From positions 925,385 to 989,384 of the forward strand of contig CBDAOU010000001.1 in the NCBI GenBank assembly GCA_965198185.1: a stretch of 64,000 nucleotides of DNA. The letters are read 5' to 3'. Shown here one piece after another: positions 30,086-39,337 of the stretch (positions within the stretch are counted from its first letter, which is position 1; each line of letters begins with the position of its first letter). The notes beneath the pieces are model-generated. The model searched no databases. It was not told the origin of the DNA and worked only from the letters and a program-made list of their open reading frames with translations. Both the position numbers and the translations under genes were made by a program. The stretch comes from Chloroflexota bacterium. Lineage in GTDB: Bacteria; Chloroflexota; UBA11872.

Positions 30086-32917
30086 ATGACCGTTGATGGC
30101 GCGGTCGTCCCCGGCTTGCTGCTGCTGGCGGCCGAGTTGATCGCACTCGCCGCCGTGGGCTACGTCGTCGCCCGCACCGTGCTCCGTCAGCGCGACGAAC
30201 GCCTGGCGCTGGCGCAGGGCCTCGTCATCGGACCGGCGCTCTGGGGCTTCATTGCCAACGTTGCCATGTTCCCGCTGCCGGGACTGGCGGGACTGCTCGC
30301 GGCGTGGGGGATCGCGCTGGCGCTCGCGGTGGGCCTCGCCTGGCGCGCGCCCCAACCCGTTCGACCCAGGGTCCGCACAGTGGCAGGCTTCGTGGTCGCG
30401 GTTCTTGGAACCTTTTGGGTCGCGCTCGCCTGCCGCCAGATGTTGTCACTGGCCGATTGGCAGATCCATCTGGGGCTGGCGGCCTCAATCCGGGCGGGCG
30501 GGTTTCCGCCGGCCCTTCCGTGGCAGCCGGGAATGTCCGCGCCGTATCACTACGGCCTCGACATGCTGATCGGACTTCTGGCACCGCCAGTCGGGCCGAA
30601 TCTCGCCTTCGTGATGGAGCTGCTGGGCGCCTACGTCTGGATGAGCTTCGCCCTGACCGTGGTGACGCTGCTGCTCCACCGAGGGTCCTGGATGGTCATG
30701 CTGGCGCTGGCGCCGCTCCTGCTCACGACCGGCAGCTCGACGCTGGGAAACGTTGAGGCCACGTCGGACATTCTGCGGATTCCCCTCCCTACGGGAGCAC
30801 CGGTGGACGCCATCCCGGCGTCGCTCGGTGAGATCTACTGGCCCCCGTCCCAGTTTCCTTGGCCAAGCGAATACCTGGCCCCTCTCGGGAATATCTGGAA
30901 GCCCTCCTTCCCATTCAGCTACGCGCTGGCCTTTGTCGTGCTGGAGCGGGCGGCCAACAGCAGCCGAGGGTGGTCATGGCAGTCGGCCCTGACCCTTGCA
31001 ACGCTCTTGGGGTTTCTGAGCCTCGTGTCCGAAGCCGTCGCCCTGGTTGCGCTTGCATTGTGGGCGGTCCTTGAAGCGGTGCCGGTGCTAACGGGTCGAC
31101 AGGCACGCGCCGCACGCGCTCGGGCAGCGCTCCGCGCGGCCGTTGGTCCGGGCCTCGCCGTGGTCCTGTTGGCCCTAACCGGCGGAGTCGTTGCCGGTGC
31201 CCTTACCGGTGCGGCGGGCGGGGGACTCTCGTTTGAGTGGCCGGACAACCTGGCCCGCGGCCAGCCGCTGGGTGCATTCAGGGAAGGGCCCGGCGGCATT
31301 GGCCTCCTGGGACTCGGCCCCGCCGTCGTCGCCGCCGTCGCTGCCCTTGTGGCCTGGCGCGATCGCTTCACGCTGGCACTGGTCGGCGTGAGCGGAATAT
31401 TCGTGCTCGCCGCCCTCATGCTGCACTACGAGCCCTATCCAGCGGACATCTCCCGCCTGAGCGGTCACGCGCGAAGCTTCGCCCTGCTGGGGCTGCTGGC
31501 CGCGCTGAGTTTTCGGATACCCACCTTGCGGCCCCGCTGGCGCTACGCCGCCGGTGGGCTGGCATTTGCGCTCGTCACCTGGCCAACCGCCATTGCGCCA
31601 GGGCAGGCCATCGGCGAGGCGTTGGGTCGCGGGCCCCATTTCGCCAACGCCCAATTGAAGCCGCAGGAGTTCCGCGAGTGGTTTCTCGGGCGGTATGCGC
31701 TGGGACGCTTCACCACTGAACGACACATGACCGAGCCGGTGGCCGACTATATCGGCGCGCACACGGCGGTCACGGCCCGCATCCTGTCGCCCAGCCCGGG
31801 GCTCATGACCGTCGCCACGGGCCGCCCCAATGCCTCGGGCTTTCGCTCGTTTGCCCACCTGATCGCCGCTACGGGTCCCGCGTATGTCGATGCCATCCGC
31901 GTGCTCGATCCTGCGGCCATCCGGCACCTGGGCTTCGATTATGTGCACGCAACGGATGAGTGGCTGGCCAGCCTGCCGCCCCGTGCCGTGCGCCGCCTTG
32001 AGGATCCCACCTACTTCGAGCTGCTCATCCGCGATGGTGCTGACGCTCTCTACCGCGTGCGGCCGGCATTCGCGCAGCTCGACGCGGACCCCGAGTCTTT
32101 CGAGGCGCTCCGGCGGGCCGTGCCGCCGTCCGCCACGGTCTATCTGTCGCCCACGATGGATCCGGAGAACGCCGCACGCGTGGCGTCGGCGCTCGCTCAC
32201 GCCCGGCTGTACGGCCGCGTGCCATGGTCACGCCTGCACCCACTGAGAATTCCGGTGCGGACAGCACCTCTGGACGGCCGGACGCCCGACCTCGTGGTCG
32301 TGTCGACGCGGCTCGCACCCTCCGTTTTCCCCTTCCACGAACAGCGACGACCGGCGTGGGGGAATGACGAGATCGCCGTCTACGCGCCGGGCGGAGCCAT
32401 CAGCCCTATCGCACCGCCGGAGGCACCGACGTTCAGCATCCGCCTGTCCGACGTGCGCCAAGACGATGGACGCATTACCTTCACGGCCACCTTCGCCGAC
32501 CGCGCGCCCGAGCGGTGGACCAGCCAGGACTGGCAAGTTATTCCCATGGACACCACCGCGCCGTGGGCCTTCCCGCAGCTATTTGACCGCGACGGGCGTG
32601 CGCACGACGACGCCCAGTGGCATGTCGGCCAACTTGTCGCCGGAGTCGGCCTCGCGAGCTTCGTCTACGAATTCGACGCTCGTGCCAACCGGCTGAGCAC
32701 GCAAGGTGCTGACGGCCGGTTCACCGCCGTCCAGGCCTCCGAACGCGAGCCGGTTCCCGGCGTATGGACGCTGGCCGTCCGTCTGCGCGAAAGTCCGTCC
32801 CAAGGCGCTTGGCGGGACGTGGCGCTCATTCCGGTTGTGCAATTCGTGGTCGCTGACGACGGCGAGGTCGCATATACCGTCTACGAGGGCGCCCTCAGCG
32901 TTAAGCCGGTGCCATAG
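30086..32917 (+). CDS. Large polytopic membrane protein of unknown function with soluble C-terminal region
   Basis: About 945 aa, many TM segments, HLGL...GGFPP..PW...YHYG loop; ATG 30086 (GTG 30080 alternative). Confidence 0.7.
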   Translation: MTVDGAVVPGLLLLAAELIALAAVGYVVARTVLRQRDERLALAQGLVIGPALWGFIANVAMFPLPGLAGLLAAWGIALALAVGLAWRAPQPVRPRVRTVAGFVVAVLGTFWVALACRQMLSLADWQIHLGLAASIRAGGFPPALPWQPGMSAPYHYGLDMLIGLLAPPVGPNLAFVMELLGAYVWMSFALTVVTLLLHRGSWMVMLALAPLLLTTGSSTLGNVEATSDILRIPLPTGAPVDAIPASLGEIYWPPSQFPWPSEYLAPLGNIWKPSFPFSYALAFVVLERAANSSRGWSWQSALTLATLLGFLSLVSEAVALVALALWAVLEAVPVLTGRQARAARARAALRAAVGPGLAVVLLALTGGVVAGALTGAAGGGLSFEWPDNLARGQPLGAFREGPGGIGLLGLGPAVVAAVAALVAWRDRFTLALVGVSGIFVLAALMLHYEPYPADISRLSGHARSFALLGLLAALSFRIPTLRPRWRYAAGGLAFALVTWPTAIAPGQAIGEALGRGPHFANAQLKPQEFREWFLGRYALGRFTTERHMTEPVADYIGAHTAVTARILSPSPGLMTVATGRPNASGFRSFAHLIAATGPAYVDAIRVLDPAAIRHLGFDYVHATDEWLASLPPRAVRRLEDPTYFELLIRDGADALYRVRPAFAQLDADPESFEALRRAVPPSATVYLSPTMDPENAARVASALAHARLYGRVPWSRLHPLRIPVRTAPLDGRTPDLVVVSTRLAPSVFPFHEQRRPAWGNDEIAVYAPGGAISPIAPPEAPTFSIRLSDVRQDDGRITFTATFADRAPERWTSQDWQVIPMDTTAPWAFPQLFDRDGRAHDDAQWHVGQLVAGVGLASFVYEFDARANRLSTQGADGRFTAVQASEREPVPGVWTLAVRLRESPSQGAWRDVALIPVVQFVVADDGEVAYTVYEGALSVKPVP

Positions 32918-32942
32918 TCGTGGCGGCACCGCTGAGCCTATG

Positions 32943-33050
32943 GCTGGCACCTGCTGTGGGCGGCGATCGAAGGGAGCGCCCACGTCATTGCAGGCCGAGT
33001 GACTGACCGTTGATCCGGCGGTCATCCTGGGATTGCTGCTGGTCGCGCCC
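32943..33050 (+). pseudogene. Remnant duplicate of the upstream region and first ~15 codons of 30086-32917
   Basis: gctggcacctgctgtgggcggcgatcgaaggga...tgaccgttgat matches 30026-30135; (L)TVDPAVILGLLLVA vs MTVDGAVVPGLLLLA, ATG changed to CTG. Confidence 0.75.
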
Positions 33051-33184
33051 GCCAACGCGCTCGCCAGCACCGAAGACCCGCCCACTTCCATGGCACGCGC
33101 CGTCCCTCGCCGGCACCCGTTCCAGGCTCAAGTACCCTCGCCATGCAGGGTTTCCCAAGCGCCCGTTGCCAGGAAAGTGAGACC

Positions 33185-34159
33185 GTGGTGAGCAGAATCC
33201 ACATCGGACTCATCGGATTCGGCGCATGGACCCGCAGCGCCTATGTCCCTGCGCTGCGGCTGGACGGTCGGGCACAAGTGACGGCGGTGGCGGCGCCCAG
33301 TGCCGCGACGCGCGACCGCGCCATTGCGGAGCTTGGGCCGGAGATCGCCGTCTTTCCCTCAGCGCCTGAACTCTTGGCCGCCACCGACATGGATGCAGTA
33401 ACGGTCGCCGTCCCCGATCTGGCGCACGAGCCGGTTCTCACCGACGCACTTGCGTCGGGCCTGCCAATCTTGTTCGAGCCGCCCGTCGCCTCCGACCGGC
33501 CTGGCGTGGAACGGATGCTGGCCACGCTCCGCGCCGCGCCACAACTCGTGCATCCCGACTTGGAGCTCTCCTATCTGCCCGTCGCCGCGCGCCTACGCGA
33601 GACGCTGGACGCCGGCGCGATCGGTCAACCGCGCACCGCGCACATCCGCCTCCAGGCCGGGTGGGGCCATCCGCCGCGGCACGAGCTGAGCGTGGTGCAC
33701 ATGCTGGCCGGCTGGTACCTCGACCTGCTGGACCGCGTCATCGGACGCACCGCGCGCCGCGTGCTGATGCTCAATGGCCACGACGCGCCGGGCCTGATGC
33801 AGCAGCGCGCCATTGCCCACCTGGACTACGGCGACATGCTGGGCACGTTCCAAATCAACATCGGGTCGGTTGGACCATTGCGCATCGACCTTGAGGTCAA
33901 CGGCGCCGACGGCGACATCGTCTGCGACCCGCTGGCCGGATCCTGGCGCGTGCGCACGCGGGAGTTTCCTCACTGGCGTCTGGCCCGGGAACCGGCCTTG
34001 GAACCTCCCGCCGGGTGGCCCGGCGTCCACGAGTGCCTGCGCGCGTTCCTCGATGCCGTCGAACAGGGCACAACCAGCACCGACATGCGCGACGCCATCA
34101 TCCGGCAGCACGAGGTCGGCCTGGCCGCCGATCGGATCGGTCACGTCCGCTCGGCCTAA
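33185..34159 (+). CDS. Gfo/Idh/MocA family oxidoreductase
   Basis: IGLIGFGAW, DAVTVAVPDLAH, LFEPPVA (EKP-like), GAIGQP. Confidence 0.8.
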   Translation: MVSRIHIGLIGFGAWTRSAYVPALRLDGRAQVTAVAAPSAATRDRAIAELGPEIAVFPSAPELLAATDMDAVTVAVPDLAHEPVLTDALASGLPILFEPPVASDRPGVERMLATLRAAPQLVHPDLELSYLPVAARLRETLDAGAIGQPRTAHIRLQAGWGHPPRHELSVVHMLAGWYLDLLDRVIGRTARRVLMLNGHDAPGLMQQRAIAHLDYGDMLGTFQINIGSVGPLRIDLEVNGADGDIVCDPLAGSWRVRTREFPHWRLAREPALEPPAGWPGVHECLRAFLDAVEQGTTSTDMRDAIIRQHEVGLAADRIGHVRSA

Positions 34160-34254
34160 AGCCACCCGCTGGAGAGCCCTCGGCTATGCTCACCGCCACT
34201 AAGAAGGGACCCGAGCACCGCGCGAGCGTCCTTGTGGAAGGTAATCCTGATCCA

Positions 34255-35167
34255 ATGAGTCTCTACCGCATCGATGACAACGTACTGGAGGCTGTGCCGG
34301 CCACGACGTTCCAGGAACAGGCCTCCAAGAGCGCGGCGACTTACAGAAACTCATCATCAATCAGCCCAATGCCCTTGGCAGCGATCTGTTCATCGTCACC
34401 GAGGAGTACAGCAACTGGTCAGACAGCGCAGGCGGATCGATCTGCTGGCCATTGATGACGACGGAACCCTGGCCGTCATCGAGCTCAAGCGCGACGAGGA
34501 CCCCGGGCCGATGGAGCTCCAAGCGCTGCGATATGCCGCCATGGTCGCGAATACCACCTTCGAGCAGTTGGCGGAAGCTCATCAGAGATTCGGCGACGCG
34601 CAAGGTCTCGATGGCGAGGCCTCAAGCCGGACTCGACGAATTCCTCAGTGAAAAGGGTCAACTCGCCGACCTCAAGACCGCGAAGCCGCGATCCTCGTCG
34701 CGCCCGACTTCCCCACGGAGCTTGCGACCAGCGTTCTCTGGCTGAACGACGCTGGCTTGGACATTCGCTGCGTGCGCTGCTGCTCTATCGCGCGGCGACC
34801 AGCTCTTCGTTCCAGGTGATCCCGCTGCCCGAGGCGCGACTATCTCGTGCGCGCGCGCGCGAAGGCCGAAGAGGTCGAGACGGTCACGGCCGGCGTCGCG
34901 CGACATCGACCGTCCTGCGCAACGTCATCAAGGTGGCGAGAAGATCATGCTCTACGCGCCCAACAACGAGTCGGACGACTTCGATGTCGATCCCCAATCA
35001 ATTTCCAGACCGACTTGGATGGCGCAAGAACGTGGATGGAATGGAGATCGGCGTACTCGCTAAGCAGCAGCGCTTCTCCGCGAAGCTGCGCCGCTTCCCT
35101 CAATACTGTGTACTGGTGTCTGGTCGAAAAACTTCGCTCTCTCCAGCTCGCCGAGAGCAAGGACTAA
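34255..35167 (+). pseudogene. NucS/DUF91-like PD-(D/E)xK endonuclease, many frameshifts
   Basis: Pieces ERGDLQ, EEYSNW.DS, RRIDLLAIDDDGTLAVIELKR, ELQALRYAAMV, LATSVLWLND.GLDIRCV, QVIPLPEA. Confidence 0.7.
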
Positions 35168-35302
35168 GTCCTGCGCCCGCGGCGTCGTCGTTCTCCTTCA
35201 CGCGCAGCGGAAGGAAGTCGGGCGGGGCGCCCCACGAGGGCATCGAGGCCCTTGTCCGCCGCCAGGGCCTGCTCGCCACCGGTCGTCGGGCGGCTCGAGC
35301 GC

Positions 35303-35827
35303 CTAGCTCTGGGCCGCGGGCGACATCTTGCGCCAGGTCTTTTGCACGATATCGGCGATCTTGGCCGCCGGATGTTGCGCGCGCAGGTCGGCGAACTGCG
35401 TCTCAAGAAAAACCAGGCAGAGCCCGTCCTCCAGCGTCTGCGCCTCGGGGTCACGCATGAGGTTGTGCTTGCGCACCAGCTGCTGGACGCGCGCGATCTC
35501 ATCGGCGCCGTAGCCGGCCTCCCGCAAGACGCGGCCGACCTCGGCGGCGTGCATGGCGTGCAGCGCCGTGCGCCAGCGCAGATAGCCGTGCCGGCCGGTC
35601 GGGTAGGCATCGCGGGGGATGGTCCAGCGGCGGATATGGTGCGCGCGCGCCGCCAGCAGCAGCGCCTCGTCGGCGTCCGGGCGCAGGCGGCGGACCCAGG
35701 CCGAGAGCATCGCGGCGTGGGTGAGTTCCTTGGGCCGGGACTCGCCGTCGACGGTCAGCGTGTGCGGGTCGTCGGCGTTGGCCGCGTCGATGCGCCGGAT
35801 GGCGTCGCGAAAGCGCTCGGTTTCCAC
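35303..35827 (-). CDS. DUF4202 domain protein
   Basis: IDAANADDP, AARAHHIRRW.IPR..YP.GR.GYL.WR, QTLEDGLCLVFLE, KTWRKMS. Confidence 0.85.
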   Translation of the reverse strand: METERFRDAIRRIDAANADDPHTLTVDGESRPKELTHAAMLSAWVRRLRPDADEALLLAARAHHIRRWTIPRDAYPTGRHGYLRWRTALHAMHAAEVGRVLREAGYGADEIARVQQLVRKHNLMRDPEAQTLEDGLCLVFLETQFADLRAQHPAAKIADIVQKTWRKMSPAAQS

Positions 35828-35880
35828 GCACGAATTCTCGCATGGGCTGCCGCGCCCCGGCTCGGGTATCGTGCCGCACG

Positions 35881-36972
35881 ATGAGCGGTCAGTCGGCGGA
35901 CGTTGTGATTTGTGGGGGCGGCGTGCTGGGCGCCGCCTTGGCCTACGAGCTTGCCGGGCGCGGCGCGCGGCCGCTGCTGATCGAATCGCGCGCCATTGCA
36001 TCCGGAGCCAGCGGCAAGGCCGCGGGACTTCTCTCGCCGGCGTCCGACGCACGCGCCGCCGGGCCGCTGGGACCGCTGTGGCGGGCCAGTTTGGCGCGCC
36101 ATCACGAATTGGCGCGTGTGCTCGACTCCGAGGGCGCGGCGGGCTACGGGTTTACGGAAAGCCCCTCGCTGCTCGTTGCCGCCGACGCCGCCGAAGCCGA
36201 GACGCTGCGGGCAGCCGCGGCCGCCCAGTGGCTGGAGCCCTGCGAGGTTCGCGCGCGCTGCGCCTGGATCGACGGCCCCATTGCGGGCGGCGTGCTGCGC
36301 GAAGCGAGCGCTGAGATCGAGCCCGCCGCCTTCACCCAAGCGCTGCTCCAAGCCGCCCAGACTCGCGGCGCGCGCGTTCGGCATGGACGGGTGACCGGGC
36401 TGAGCCTCAGCGGTCGCAGCGTCACCGGAGTGCGCCTCGATGGCGAGCTCGTACGCACCGACACCGCTGTGCTGGCTTTGGGTCCCTGGACGAGCGAGGC
36501 TGCCGAGTGGATCGGGAGCCGCGTGCCGGTTATCCCCCTCAAAGGCCAGATCCTGCGGCTGCGCCTGCCGCCCGCGCAGGCCGAGACTCGGTTCTCCGAC
36601 TCCGACGGCAACTACATGACGCGGAAGGCCGATGGGCTGGTCTACGTCGGCACCACCGAAGAGCGCGTCGGATTCGACGAGACGCCAACCGCTGCGGCCC
36701 GGCGCCAGATCCTGCGCCAGGCCGGCCGCTTCGTCTCCGACGTGTCGCGGGCCGAGATCGTGAAGCAAACGGCGTGCCTCCGTCCGCTCTCGCCCGACGG
36801 CCTGCCGATCCTCGGCGCCGCGCCGGGGCTGCCCGGCGCGTTCATCGCCACGGGCCACGGACGCGCGGGCTTGCTGCTCGGCCCCGGCAGCGCCGCCGCG
36901 CTGGCCGCCCAGATCACCGGCGAATCTCCCGCCTTCGACCTCACGCCCTTCGATCCCGCCCGCTTCGGCTGA
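35881..36972 (+). CDS. FAD-dependent oxidoreductase (DAO/glycine oxidase family)
   Basis: ICGGGVLG, GASGKAAG, PLKGQIL, CLRPLSPDGLPILG, ATGHGR. Confidence 0.88.
   Translation: MSGQSADVVICGGGVLGAALAYELAGRGARPLLIESRAIASGASGKAAGLLSPASDARAAGPLGPLWRASLARHHELARVLDSEGAAGYGFTESPSLLVAADAAEAETLRAAAAAQWLEPCEVRARCAWIDGPIAGGVLREASAEIEPAAFTQALLQAAQTRGARVRHGRVTGLSLSGRSVTGVRLDGELVRTDTAVLALGPWTSEAAEWIGSRVPVIPLKGQILRLRLPPAQAETRFSDSDGNYMTRKADGLVYVGTTEERVGFDETPTAAARRQILRQAGRFVSDVSRAEIVKQTACLRPLSPDGLPILGAAPGLPGAFIATGHGRAGLLLGPGSAAALAAQITGESPAFDLTPFDPARFG
36945..36972 (+). repeat. 28-bp direct repeat, left copy (3' end of oxidoreductase)
   Basis: gcccttcgatcccgcccgcttcggctga; one mismatch to 38987-39014. Confidence 0.85.
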
Positions 36973-37014
36973 CCAATCGCCGCAACCTTCTGACCTCGGG
37001 CGATCTAGCGGATG

Positions 37015-37203
37015 TCAGGTGGGCGACGCGAGATCGGCAAACATCGGAAAGTGCCGGACCTTGCTTGTGAGGAGTTCGACCTCGACGACCGCCGTCAGGC
37101 CGGAGCCCCAGGCGCGCTCCATCACCTCGTCGTGGTCCTCGGAGAAGGCGCCGGACCAGGTGTGCGCGTGCGCGTCAACGATGGGGGCTTCGTGGGGGCT
37201 CAT
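37015..37203 (-). pseudogene. tatD: Truncated tatD fused in frame to a vapC 3' end
   Basis: IVDAHAH...EVMERA..SGLTAVVEV (TatD N-terminus, expected after metG) followed by ELLTSKVRHFPMFADLASP, similar to Vap[20 protein letters not shown]. Confidence 0.7.
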
Positions 37204-37229
37204 CGCTCGCCGGTCCTTCGTCACCGGGG

Positions 37230-38897
37230 CTACTGGCCGAGCCGCGCCTCTTCTTCGTCGACCAGCGACTCGTCGAGCTTGCGGAACAGGGGCGCGGGTT
37301 CAGGCAGAGCCGTGCCCGGCGCGACAGGCGTGCGCGCCCAGCCCGCGGTCTCGATCTCGCCCTCGCAACCGGTGAACGCCCACGCGCGCGGCGAGCTGAA
37401 GGGCAGGAAGGGCTGCAGCAGCGAGGCCAGCCCCGCGATCGCCTGGATCGCAGTCGAGAGCGTCTCCGCGGCGGACTCGCGGTCCTCTCGCACGGCCGCC
37501 CAGGGCGCGCGCTCGTCGAGATAGCGGTTCGCCTCCTGCGCCACGGTCATCGCCGCCTGCAGCGCCGCCCGCAGGCGCAGCCCGTCGATGTGCGCGCCTA
37601 CCTCCTCGAACGCGGCGTCGACGCGCGCGAGCAGGGCCGCCGACTCGGGCGCCGCCGGCGCCTCGGTTCCGGGCACGCTCGCATCGAAGTGCCGTCGCGT
37701 AAGGGTGAGCACGCGGTGCACGAGGTTTCCCCAGCGCGCGACCAGTTCGTCGTTGTTGCGGCGCACGTACTCGGCCCACGTGAAGTCGGTGTCGGAGGTC
37801 TCGGGCATCATCGCGGTCAGCCCGTAACGCAGCGGGTCCGGGTCGTGGCGGTCGAGGTAGTCCGGCATCCAGATCGCCCAGTTGCGCGAGGACGACGCCT
37901 TCGAGCCGGAGATGGTGACGTACTGGTTGGCGGGCACGTCGTAGGGCAGGTTGAGGCCGCCGTAGCCGAGCAGCATGGCCGGCCAGATGGTGGTGTGGAA
38001 GGGGACGTTGTCCTTGCCCTGGAAGTAGACGGTGCGGGCTGCCGGATCCTTCCACCACGCCTCCCAGGCGTCCGGCTGCCCGGAGCGCTGCGCCCACTCC
38101 TTCGTCGCCGAGAGGTAGCCGATCACCGCCTCGAACCAGACGTAGATCCGCTTCTCGTCCCAGCCCTTGAGGGGCACGGGCACGCCCCACTCGATGTCGC
38201 GCGTGATCGCGCGGTCGTGCAGCCCCTCGCGCAGCAGGCCGAGCGTGAAGTTGCGCACCGCCGGACGCCAGTGCGTCTGCGGATCGACCCACTCGAGCAG
38301 CTGCTCGTTAAAGTCACTGAGCTTCAGGAAGCAGTGGTTCGTCTGGCGTGGCTCGGGCGTCACCTCGGAGAGCCGGGAGCGCGGCCCGATCAGCTCGAGG
38401 GCGTCCATCGTGCGTCCGCACTCGTCGCACTGGTCGCCGCGCGCACCGTCGTAGCCGCAGTAGGGGCACTCACCTTCGACATAACGATCGGGCAGGAAGC
38501 GTTCGGCCTCGGGATCGAACAACATCGTCATCTCGGCCGCATAGATGTGGCCCTGCTCGTGGAGCCGGAGGAACAGGTCCTGCGTGACCTCGGCGTGGTT
38601 CGCCGTGCCGGTCGAGGTGAAGAGGTCGAACGCGATGCCGAAGCGCTCGAAGGTGTCGAGGAAGGAGGCGTGGGCACGCTCGATTACCGCCTCGGGAGTG
38701 ATGCCGTCTTCCTCGGCGCGGATCGTGACGGGCGTGCCGTGCACGTCGGAGCCGGAGACCATGAGCGTGCGGTCGCCGCGCATGCGGTGATAGCGAGAGA
38801 AAATGTCCGCGGGCAGGTAAGCGCCGGCGATCTGGCCCGCGTGCAGCGCGCTGTTCGCATATGGCCACGCGACCGCGGCGAGGACCGTCTCAGCCAC
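37230..38897 (-). CDS. metG: Methionine--tRNA ligase, short form
   Basis: AWPYAN.LHAGQ, SGSDVHGTP, CPYC/CDEC knuckle, ITRDIEWGVPVP, YVWFEA, GKDNVPFH, KASSS. Confidence 0.93.
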   Translation of the reverse strand: MAETVLAAVAWPYANSALHAGQIAGAYLPADIFSRYHRMRGDRTLMVSGSDVHGTPVTIRAEEDGITPEAVIERAHASFLDTFERFGIAFDLFTSTGTANHAEVTQDLFLRLHEQGHIYAAEMTMLFDPEAERFLPDRYVEGECPYCGYDGARGDQCDECGRTMDALELIGPRSRLSEVTPEPRQTNHCFLKLSDFNEQLLEWVDPQTHWRPAVRNFTLGLLREGLHDRAITRDIEWGVPVPLKGWDEKRIYVWFEAVIGYLSATKEWAQRSGQPDAWEAWWKDPAARTVYFQGKDNVPFHTTIWPAMLLGYGGLNLPYDVPANQYVTISGSKASSSRNWAIWMPDYLDRHDPDPLRYGLTAMMPETSDTDFTWAEYVRRNNDELVARWGNLVHRVLTLTRRHFDASVPGTEAPAAPESAALLARVDAAFEEVGAHIDGLRLRAALQAAMTVAQEANRYLDERAPWAAVREDRESAAETLSTAIQAIAGLASLLQPFLPFSSPRAWAFTGCEGEIETAGWARTPVAPGTALPEPAPLFRKLDESLVDEEEARLGQ

Positions 38898-38986
38898 CGC
38901 TGGAATCGTAGCACCTGCACCCCGCAGATCTACCTGCCGAGCCCTGCCGCACAGCAGGGGGTCGCGGAACGCGTATCGCCCGTGAG

Positions 38987-39014
38987 GCCCTTCGACCCCG
39001 CCCGCTTCGGCTGA
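38987..39014 (+). repeat. 28-bp direct repeat, right copy
   Basis: gcccttcgaccccgcccgcttcggctga (PFDPARFG*). Confidence 0.85.
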
Positions 39015-39058
39015 TCGACGCGGGCCTTCCGCCGCAGGCGACGACTGACTGGGGCGCT

Positions 39059-39128
39059 CCCACGCTGCGCGCAGCGTGGGCCACCGGACGGCGAATTTGC
39101 CCGGTAGGGGCGCCCCTTGTGGGCGCCC
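39059..39128. repeat. Perfect 22-bp palindrome plus GTAG-type REP downstream of tRNA-Sec
   Basis: cccacgctgcgcgcagcgtggg (39059-39080); gtaggggcgccccttgtgggcgccc (39104-39128). Confidence 0.7.
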
Positions 39129-39166
39129 GGCTCGTAGCGGCTCCGTGCCACGCGCACGCACTGGGA

Positions 39167-39264
39167 TGGCGGAGGTGCATGGGAGTCGAACCCACCTAGG
39201 ACGCTGACCAGCGCCCCACAACGGTTTTGAAGACCGCGAAGGCCACCCGGCCCCTGCCACCTCC
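39167..39264 (-). tRNA. selC: tRNA-Sec (anticodon UCA)
   Basis: GGAGGTG/CACCTCC acceptor, 6-bp D stem, CTTCAAA loop, long variable arm, GTTCGACT, G discriminator, encoded CCA. Confidence 0.93.
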
Positions 39265-39337
39265 GCCGTCACGCTAGCAGGTGTGCCAGGACCACGCTTG
39301 AATCAATGCGGGGGGTGCGGGCGGCCTTTGGTTCTGG

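Noticed and set aside
37230-39272. 680-aa extended MetG from the ORF track
   Set aside because: The extension runs through tRNA-Sec and a REP; homology starts at GTG 38897
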